39,983 nt of DNA from an uncultured bacterium (GTDB lineage: Bacteria > CAYJRR01), in assembly GCA_964372275.1 (NCBI GenBank), contig CAYJRR010000026.1, forward strand, positions 1-39,983, given 5' to 3'. The position numbers were made by a program, and so were the translations under genes. A model generated the notes under the pieces. That model was not told where the DNA came from, ran no database searches, and worked only from the letters and a program-made list of their open reading frames with translations. Position 1 is the stretch's first letter. The number at the start of each line of letters is the position of its first letter. Below are positions 34,036 to 39,983 of this stretch, one piece after another.

Positions 34036-34712
34036 CGCGCGCGCCTCGTCGACAGCGAGACGCCGAGGGTGACGTAGACCTGGTCGTCGATCCCCCCGCC
34101 CTCCTTGAAGTAGAGGTTCTCGATCACCTCGAGGCGGTAGCTCAACAGATGCGACGAGTACCAGCGGAATCCGACCCCCAGATCGAACGCCGGCCGGAAC
34201 GACGTGAGGCGGTCGGCCTTCCCATTCTCGTGCAGCGCCCAGCCGACACCGCCGATGCCGGTCGTGGCGTACAACTCGTGGTGGACGATCCAGCGCTCGA
34301 GCAGCGCCTGCTTCCCGTAGAAGGGCGCGAACTGCACGTGGGTCGAAAGGAGGTATTGCGCCTTCTCGTAGGGATCGTTGTCGACGTCGAACTCGCTCCG
34401 CAGCCGCCGTGAGAGATCGGTGGTGTGGTTCCAGGAGTAGGCGCCGCGCAACACCTCCCAGGTGACGAAATCGGAGAAATGGTAGGCGTAGGAGAAGTCG
34501 AACGAGGTCCCCTTGTAGAAGGCGTTCTGCGGGAGCCAGCCCGCGGCGAGCCGGAACTCGTGACCCGGCCGGAACCGCCGGTCTTGTACGACGTAGACCG
34601 TCCCCCCTTCGCGCGCGGAGGGCGGCGTCCGGGCGCCGTCGCCCGACGCGCCGGCCGGAACCGCGATCAGCATCGCGGCCAGCGCGAGCGCGGAAGGACC
34701 GGATGCGTTCAC
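34032..34712 (-). CDS. Outer-membrane beta-barrel protein, GltA/GltB-like (copy 2)
   Basis: GTG 34712 (GTGA overlap). Signal peptide, YVVQDRRF..GHEF, YAYHFSD, FAPFYGK, GVGFRWY, alternating beta-strand pattern. Confidence 0.85.
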   Translation of the reverse strand: MNASGPSALALAAMLIAVPAGASGDGARTPPSAREGGTVYVVQDRRFRPGHEFRLAAGWLPQNAFYKGTSFDFSYAYHFSDFVTWEVLRGAYSWNHTTDLSRRLRSEFDVDNDPYEKAQYLLSTHVQFAPFYGKQALLERWIVHHELYATTGIGGVGWALHENGKADRLTSFRPAFDLGVGFRWYSSHLLSYRLEVIENLYFKEGGGIDDQVYVTLGVSLSTRRAR

Positions 34713-35410
34713 CGCTCGAGCCCCGCCGAGGATCCGCGTTCCTGGAACGGCTTTCGTTCCTTCTCCGGCAAGGCGAAGCCCAATCCAATCGTCAGGTAGA
34801 CGTGGTCCTGCACGCCGCCGCCCGATCGGCGCATCAGGTTCTCCAGGACCTCCGCCTTGACGCTCCACCGCCGCGAGGCGTACCACCGGAATCCCAAACC
34901 GACGTCGATCGCGGGTCGCACTCCGCCGCCGTTCGAGCCGTCTTCGGGCCCGGTCCACCCGATCAGCCCGAGCCCGCCGACGAGGTAGGCCTCCTGGTGC
35001 AGGAGGCCGCGGTTCATCACCGTGAACCGCCCGTAGAGAGGCGCGAACCGCGCGTGGCTTCCGACGAAGAATCGGGCCTTTTCGTAGGGGTCGTCGTCGA
35101 CGTCGAACTCGTCGCGGATCTGCCGGCGAATCTTGCTGTCGAAAGGCGCGAAGACGCCGATTCGAACCGCCTCCCACGAAAACGACTCGGTGCGATGCCA
35201 GATGTACGACAAGTCGGGTCCGGCCGCCTTGTAGAACGGGTCCTGGGGAAGGTAGGCGATCGATGCCCGGAGCTCGTGTCCGCGCCGGTAGCGGCGCTCC
35301 TGGATCACGCGTCCGGCGAGCCCGTCGTCCGCCGCCGAGGACCGCGTGGAAGCGGCCGTCGACGCGGCGACCGCCAACGCCACGAGCGCCGATCGGGCCC
35401 GGCTCCGCAT
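34709..35410 (-). CDS. Outer-membrane beta-barrel protein, GltA/GltB-like (copy 1)
   Basis: Signal peptide, VIQERRY..GHEL, PQDPFY, FAPLYGR, GLGFRWY. Paralog of the downstream gene. Confidence 0.85.
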   Translation of the reverse strand: MRSRARSALVALAVAASTAASTRSSAADDGLAGRVIQERRYRRGHELRASIAYLPQDPFYKAAGPDLSYIWHRTESFSWEAVRIGVFAPFDSKIRRQIRDEFDVDDDPYEKARFFVGSHARFAPLYGRFTVMNRGLLHQEAYLVGGLGLIGWTGPEDGSNGGGVRPAIDVGLGFRWYASRRWSVKAEVLENLMRRSGGGVQDHVYLTIGLGFALPEKERKPFQERGSSAGLER

Positions 35411-35436
35411 GGGGGAATCCTACTCCAGCCGCCGCT

Positions 35437-37425
35437 CTAGAAGCCGACCGAGTCGAAGAGGAACGGATAGTTCACGATCACGTATCCGTTCCCCTTGGGA
35501 CGCGGAAACTGCCATCCGCGGATCTTTCCGCCGATGCAACCGGCCACGTCGCCTCCCCGCAGCGACGAGAATTTGGTCTTCACCCCGGCGACGCCGCCGT
35601 CGGGACGGATCGTCCACTCGACCTGCACCTTTCCGGCGAGGGAAGGATCGTTGATCAGGTTCTTTTCGTAGCAATGCCGGATCTCGGCGATGTGCCGGTT
35701 CACGACGGCCGCGATCTGGGAGCGGTCGAGGGATCCTTGCACGCCGACGCTCGCGGTCGGGGTCTGCGTCACGACGCCCCGAACCTTTCCGCCGCCACGT
35801 TTCGCAAGGCCGCCGTATCCGCCCTTGGCGCTGGCGAGCAGGTCCTTCCCGCTCAGGGTGTCGATCGCCACCGATCCGTTGAGACGCCCGGGCCGGCCGA
35901 GCGCGACATCGCCGCCCGGAATCTTCCCGGTGAGCGATGAAACCTTGAATCCGCCGCGTTTTCCGGAGGTCGACCGGACGGCGTCGAGGTTGGTTGCGGC
36001 CGCCAGCGAGGACGACGAGGAGTCGATCTTCAGGTCGAGCTTTCCCAGACCGCGCAGGACGCCGGCGGACGCGACACGCGATTCGGTGCGGTCCGCCCCA
36101 CCGATTGCCGGCGGTGGCGCCTTGCTCGGTCGCCGCGCCAGCCGTTGCGGCGGTGCCGGCGCACGCTTCGGCTCCGGTTTCGCAGGCTCCGGAGTGGGGA
36201 CGACCTCGGCCTCCTTCGGCTCGGCCGTCTCCTCCGGCAGCTCGACGCGTGCGAACGCGCCCCACTCCGGCTCCTTCGGACGCAGGGCGTCGGCGATCAT
36301 GAAGGTCCCGGCCACCAGCACGTGCATCCCGAACGCCCCGGCCCCGGCGGCGGCCACGCGGCCGGTGGCCAATGCGCGCGCCTCGGCGCGGTTCGGCTCG
36401 ACCGGCTCGACGAAACGCATCAGGTACCCGATCTCGCCGATCCGGAGATCGAGCACGTCGCCGACGCCGAGATCGATCCTCCCCGAAACCGGCCGGCGCG
36501 AGGAGCCGCTCGAGAGTTGGGCGCGTGCTCCGTCGGGGACCTCCACCGTCGCCCGGTCGCGCTCGTCGAACGAAACCAAGTCCGAACCGGAGAACGGGAC
36601 GCGATAGACGCCACGCAGGTCGACGCGCGCGACCTCCAGCACGTTGACGCCGCGGTAGCGCACCACCTCCACCACGCCGCGCCCCTCCTCGGGTCGCGAG
36701 TTCCAGCCGCGGACGAGGAGATCGGCGTAGTCGAACGCGGGGGTGGCCGTCGCCTCCTCCTCGTCCTCGTCGTCGACGTCGTCGAGGAACCGGCGGACGC
36801 CGGACGTGGAGAGCGGCGACGGTCGCTGCGCGTTCGTTGCTTCCGCGGCGCTCGCGTCGAGCGGGACCGGCGCGATGGCGGTATCGGCGATCGCCCAAGC
36901 GGGGGGCGCGGACGCCGGAACGACGGCGGTGGGGCGGGGCGAGGAGCCGGAGACCGCCCTCCGCTGAAGCGGCACGGCGGGCGGCGGCGGCTCGATGGCG
37001 CGCTGCTCCGTCGACGGTGTCGGCCGATCCCCGCCATCGCTCGACGGCCGTTCGCGCCGCACGGGAGGCGCGTGCCGCGCGGTGGTGGTGGCCACTCCAC
37101 CCCACACCCGGTACGACTTCAGGCGATATCGCTCGATCACCACCTCGTCGCGCGAGGTGAGCAGCGCCTCTTTGAAGCGCCGGCCGTTGACCCAGATCCC
37201 GTTGCGCGAACCGTTGTCGCGCACGAAGACGCCGGCGGGCCGGAGCTCGACGACGCAGTGCACGCGCGACACCGCCGGATCGTCCAGACGCACGTCGGCC
37301 GTCTTGGAGCGGCCGACGGTCACCGACTCCTTGTCGAACTCCCAGGCGCCGACCGGCTCGTTCTCCCGGAGGACGACGACCCGGAGCGATCCGTCGGAAA
37401 TGGGCGCCCTAGCGTCGGATCTCAC
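35437..37425 (-). CDS. GltG/NfsG-like protein: FHA domain, TM and AgmX/PglI (TonB-like) C-terminal domain
   Basis: FHA motifs VGRS..DPAVSRVH..DNGSRNG. TM (FGMHVLVAGTFMIA), Pro-rich linker, C-terminal GSLDRSQI..IRHCYE..LAGKVQVEWTI..VAGCI..WQFPRP..VNYPFLF. AAGGAGG RBS. Confidence 0.92.
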   Translation of the reverse strand: MRSDARAPISDGSLRVVVLRENEPVGAWEFDKESVTVGRSKTADVRLDDPAVSRVHCVVELRPAGVFVRDNGSRNGIWVNGRRFKEALLTSRDEVVIERYRLKSYRVWGGVATTTARHAPPVRRERPSSDGGDRPTPSTEQRAIEPPPPAVPLQRRAVSGSSPRPTAVVPASAPPAWAIADTAIAPVPLDASAAEATNAQRPSPLSTSGVRRFLDDVDDEDEEEATATPAFDYADLLVRGWNSRPEEGRGVVEVVRYRGVNVLEVARVDLRGVYRVPFSGSDLVSFDERDRATVEVPDGARAQLSSGSSRRPVSGRIDLGVGDVLDLRIGEIGYLMRFVEPVEPNRAEARALATGRVAAAGAGAFGMHVLVAGTFMIADALRPKEPEWGAFARVELPEETAEPKEAEVVPTPEPAKPEPKRAPAPPQRLARRPSKAPPPAIGGADRTESRVASAGVLRGLGKLDLKIDSSSSSLAAATNLDAVRSTSGKRGGFKVSSLTGKIPGGDVALGRPGRLNGSVAIDTLSGKDLLASAKGGYGGLAKRGGGKVRGVVTQTPTASVGVQGSLDRSQIAAVVNRHIAEIRHCYEKNLINDPSLAGKVQVEWTIRPDGGVAGVKTKFSSLRGGDVAGCIGGKIRGWQFPRPKGNGYVIVNYPFLFDSVGF

Positions 37426-37792
37426 GCGCCCCTCCTTCGTCCCGTTTCGCGATCTCCGTCGGCCCCTCGGATGCGGCCGCCGCGCCGGCCATCGGCACCG
37501 AAGCCGCTGACGGCGGGGCGGCGGCGGGCGCCGTCGATCCCGCCAGGCTCTCGTTCCGGTAGCTGCTCCGCGTCTTCACCAGCGATCCGAACTCCCCTTC
37601 CTTTCGCTCGATCAGGTGCACGGCGCCGCGGTGCACCTGCCCCTGAACCAGCTGGTCGTCGAAATCGACCTTCGACGCGTTCGCCGCCGTCTGCGCCGAG
37701 GCGGCCGGGATCCATGCGAGGACGGCCGGTGCGGCCAGCACGGCCGCGGCCGCGACGGAAGAAAGCCATGTCTGGATCGATGGCGCGCTCAC
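37409..37792 (-). CDS. GltF/CglF-like small exported protein
   Basis: AGGAGG then GTG 37792. Signal peptide, then KVDFDDQLVQG..IERKEGEFGSLVKTRSSYR, resembling the GltF-type 'IDF-D--IEG..RK..F--LI--R' motif. Located directly before the GltG-like gene. Confidence 0.78.
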   Translation of the reverse strand: MSAPSIQTWLSSVAAAAVLAAPAVLAWIPAASAQTAANASKVDFDDQLVQGQVHRGAVHLIERKEGEFGSLVKTRSSYRNESLAGSTAPAAAPPSAASVPMAGAAAASEGPTEIAKRDEGGAREIRR

Positions 37793-37802
37793 GACGTTCC
37801 TC

Positions 37803-39362
37803 CTATTCGGCGACCGGATCGGCAATCAGCAACTCGGAGAAGTCCTCGGGCACCAGCACCACGTCGACCATCGCGGAGTAGGCGACCGTCTTCCTTGCGA
37901 TGCGGAACGACTTCTCCTTCTGGGCGTTGTCCTGCGGGCTCTGCGCGAAGTAGACGAGAATCTCGTTCTCCCCGGTGAGCGTCGGCATCACCGACACGTT
38001 TTCCACGCGGAAGTCGTAGCAGCGTGCGTTGTCCGGCTGCTGATCGAGGTAGTCGTACTCGTAGGCCCAATCCGAGCGGATGTCGCCGTCGGAGTGGTGC
38101 GGGCTCATGTGCGTCCGCAGCTCGGCCAGGTCCTGCACTCCGTCGGCGTCGAAATCCATCCCGTCGTTGGGGAAGAGAAGGTCGTTCAGGTAGGTGTGGT
38201 CCAACCCGTCCGGCACCAGATCGCCGATCACCAGGTCGTCCTCGTTCTTGTCGGCGTCGGGGTAGAGGCTGGAGCTCGCCAGCCACTTCTCCTCGCAGTC
38301 GGTCAGGCCGTCGAAGTCGGTATCGGCCGTGCGCGTCTCCTCGGTGCAGACGCACTGGTTGTTCTCGGATCCGGGGATCAGCGGATCCCACCCGGCATCG
38401 CGGCTTTCCATCAGGTCGCCGCAGCCGTCCGCGTCGGTGTCGCGCTTCGACGGGTCGGTTCCCAGGTCGCGCTCCCTCCCGTCCGGGATCCCGTCGCGGT
38501 CGCTGTCCGCCTGGTGTCCGGTGCGGGTCGGCATCGCGTTCCGGTTCGTCACCAGGAAGAACCGCTGGTTGAAGTTCCGGCGGATCGAGGAGAAGTCGAA
38601 GTCGGCGTAGTCGATGTCGTCGCCGTTGGGGAACGATCGGAAGATCCCGTTCCCCGCCTGCGCCATCTGCATCAGGATCTGCTGCGCCCCCATGTCGCCG
38701 CCGAGGAAGATGGTGTTGACGGTGACGTCCCCCGCGCGGTCTTTGAGACTCATCAGGTTCTCGACGCCGGGGAGGATCCCGTCCGGATCGCCGGGTCCGT
38801 TCGGCGCGCCGTCGGAGAGGAAGATGACGACGTAGCGCGTACGGCGTGCCTCCACGCCGCTGGCGAGGATGTCGGCGTTCAGCTCGCCGACGGCGAAGTT
38901 GAGGGCGGAGGTGTAGGGGGTGCCGCCGTTGCCCGGGTTCTGGACCGCGGCGATGTTGGCGTTGAAGACCGCGGCGCTCGGCGTGAACCGATCGGGCTGG
39001 GTAATGCGCGAGGCCCCCTGGTCGGCGAACCGCTCCGCTCCGAAGAACATGGCCGGATTCGCCTGGTCGGGGTCCTGGAGCGCGTTGGCCAGCTCCTTCG
39101 CCGCCTCATAGCGGCGCTGGTTGGGGTCGTTGTTCTGCATCGAACCCGAGTCGTCGATGATGAACCAGATCTTGACGGGGAACTTCAGCGTCTCGGGATC
39201 TTCGGTGCAGAACGAGCCCTGTACCGTGATCGTGTCTTCGGGCGGGGCCGGCGGCGGTCCCTCGTTGCGATGAAGACCGGCGTCGGTGCAGCCGGCCGCG
39301 AGGACGGCGGCAACCACCGGCCACGCGCCGCCTCCTCTCTTCGGCACACCCGTGGCGCCCAC
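37803..39362 (-). CDS. VWA-domain lipoprotein with thrombospondin type-3-like Ca-binding repeats (MtsB/MtsD-like)
   Basis: Lipobox VLAAG-C. QGSFCT..FPVKIWFIIDDSGSM (MIDAS DxSxS), GGTPY, VIFLSDGAP. Repeats DSDRDGIPDGRE, DTDADGCGDLME, DTDFDGLTDCEE, DFDADGVQDLAE. Start is 39362 or 39347. Confidence 0.9.
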   Translation of the reverse strand: MGATGVPKRGGGAWPVVAAVLAAGCTDAGLHRNEGPPPAPPEDTITVQGSFCTEDPETLKFPVKIWFIIDDSGSMQNNDPNQRRYEAAKELANALQDPDQANPAMFFGAERFADQGASRITQPDRFTPSAAVFNANIAAVQNPGNGGTPYTSALNFAVGELNADILASGVEARRTRYVVIFLSDGAPNGPGDPDGILPGVENLMSLKDRAGDVTVNTIFLGGDMGAQQILMQMAQAGNGIFRSFPNGDDIDYADFDFSSIRRNFNQRFFLVTNRNAMPTRTGHQADSDRDGIPDGRERDLGTDPSKRDTDADGCGDLMESRDAGWDPLIPGSENNQCVCTEETRTADTDFDGLTDCEEKWLASSSLYPDADKNEDDLVIGDLVPDGLDHTYLNDLLFPNDGMDFDADGVQDLAELRTHMSPHHSDGDIRSDWAYEYDYLDQQPDNARCYDFRVENVSVMPTLTGENEILVYFAQSPQDNAQKEKSFRIARKTVAYSAMVDVVLVPEDFSELLIADPVAE

Positions 39363-39594
39363 GGTCGGAACGATCCTTCACGTTCCATGCCCGCTACGCG
39401 GTGCGACAATTGGTTCAAGATCCTCTTTTCCAAGCCAAAAAATCGGGCTCGGAGCGCTGAACGTCGAGTCATTGCCGGGGGTCCAGACCCCCGGGGTGAG
39501 ACCTGCAGGATCCAGGGGCCGAGCCCCCGGCGAGTGACACGTCGCCTTCGGCAACCTCGCCGGCGCCCCGAAGCGGACTCTTCTGTCCGCCGGG

Positions 39595-39983
39595 TTACTC
39601 GTCCGACGGGTCTCCGCCGTCGGCGTTCTCGTCGTCTTCGGCCGGGGCGGCCGCCTTCGACGCGCGCGTCCCCTTCTTCTTGGTTCGCGATCGGGTCGGC
39701 GCCGCGCTGGCCGCCGCCGGCTCCTCGGCCCGGATGCGATCGATCTCCGCCTCCTTGGCGGCGATCTCCTCGTCGAGCTGCAGCACCTTCTTGAACGTCC
39801 GCTCGAGGTCCTGCTTCGACAAGCTCCCCGCCTGGAGGGCGCGATACGCCTCCTCCCCCAGCCGCGCCACCTGGCGCGCGCGCTCCCGCCGGAGCTGCAT
39901 CAGGTCGAGCAACGTCCCCTTGGCGATGCGCGACTGCTTGAGCAGCTCCTCTGTGCGCATGTTCGCCGCGATCGTGTTGAGCA
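39595..39983 (-). CDS. Hypothetical coiled-coil protein (5' end probably beyond the window)
   Basis: Frame is open to the window edge (..LNTIAANMRTEELL..). Helical RRERARQVARLGEEAY..LDEEIAAKEAEI with a K-rich then acidic tail. Confidence 0.7.
   Translation of the reverse strand, partial: LNTIAANMRTEELLKQSRIAKGTLLDLMQLRRERARQVARLGEEAYRALQAGSLSKQDLERTFKKVLQLDEEIAAKEAEIDRIRAEEPAAASAAPTRSRTKKKGTRASKAAAPAEDDENADGGDPSDE

Noticed and set aside
28344-35177. Track ORFs 28344..31310, 29054..33487, 32497..34788 and 34032..35177 at full length, or as frameshifted genes
   Set aside because: Their N-terminal extensions are off-frame reads through upstream genes. The true starts sit at (A/G)TGA overlaps (29057, 32500, 34035, 34712), followed by signal peptides or HAD motif I.
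29054-39362. Naming the operon as the canonical gliding (glt) or sporulation (nfs) locus
   Set aside because: Gene order and content differ (no separate GltE/H/I/J/K, no motor genes), and orthology cannot be established without phylogeny, so gene symbols were left blank.
39573-39590. Intrinsic terminator after the last CDS
   Set aside because: A hairpin is present but there is no U-tract on the coding strand. It is kept only as part of the structured intergenic finding.

Overview
GC-rich (about 70%+ by eye) bacterial chromosomal window. Its gene content (two Hanks-type Ser/Thr kinases with TPR tails, Glt-like gliding/envelope genes, an Mts-like VWA lipoprotein) points to Myxococcota or a related former 'deltaproteobacterium'. 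About 28 CDSs can be supported, left to right: Ser/Thr kinase (partial), endonuclease III, SDR, DAG-kinase family, PduO-type adenosyltransferase, Rieske ferredoxin, NUDIX, a secreted His-rich protein, a hypothetical, a DUF4140/DUF4139 (MuiA-like) protein, a lower-GC APH-like kinase, a ~2020-aa alpha-2-macroglobulin lipoprotein, a GlpT-like MFS transporter, a coiled-coil hypothetical, a HAD, an Ig-plus-BPI-like lipoprotein, ppk1, a second Ser/Thr kinase, two more HADs, and a translationally coupled minus-strand Glt/Nfs-like envelope operon (VWA-TSP3 lipoprotein, GltF-, GltG-, two GltA/B-, GltC- and GltD-like). No rRNA, tRNA, CRISPR array, transposase, integrase or reverse transcriptase was recognised. 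The most unusual signals are: (i) a small secreted protein whose 16 His all sit in a perfect (HxxxH-x6) 11-residue register in two helices; (ii) an organophosphate-antiporter-like MFS with an extra TM hairpin and a Cys-rich PDZ-like outer domain; (iii) the motor-less Glt-like operon headed by a VWA adhesin-like lipoprotein and ending in a coupled HAD phosphatase; (iv) a decayed copy of the alpha-2-macroglobulin 3' end on the far side of the foreign-looking APH gene; (v) a possible bacterial BPI/LBP-fold lipoprotein. All family assignments come from recognising motifs by eye; no database searches were run.
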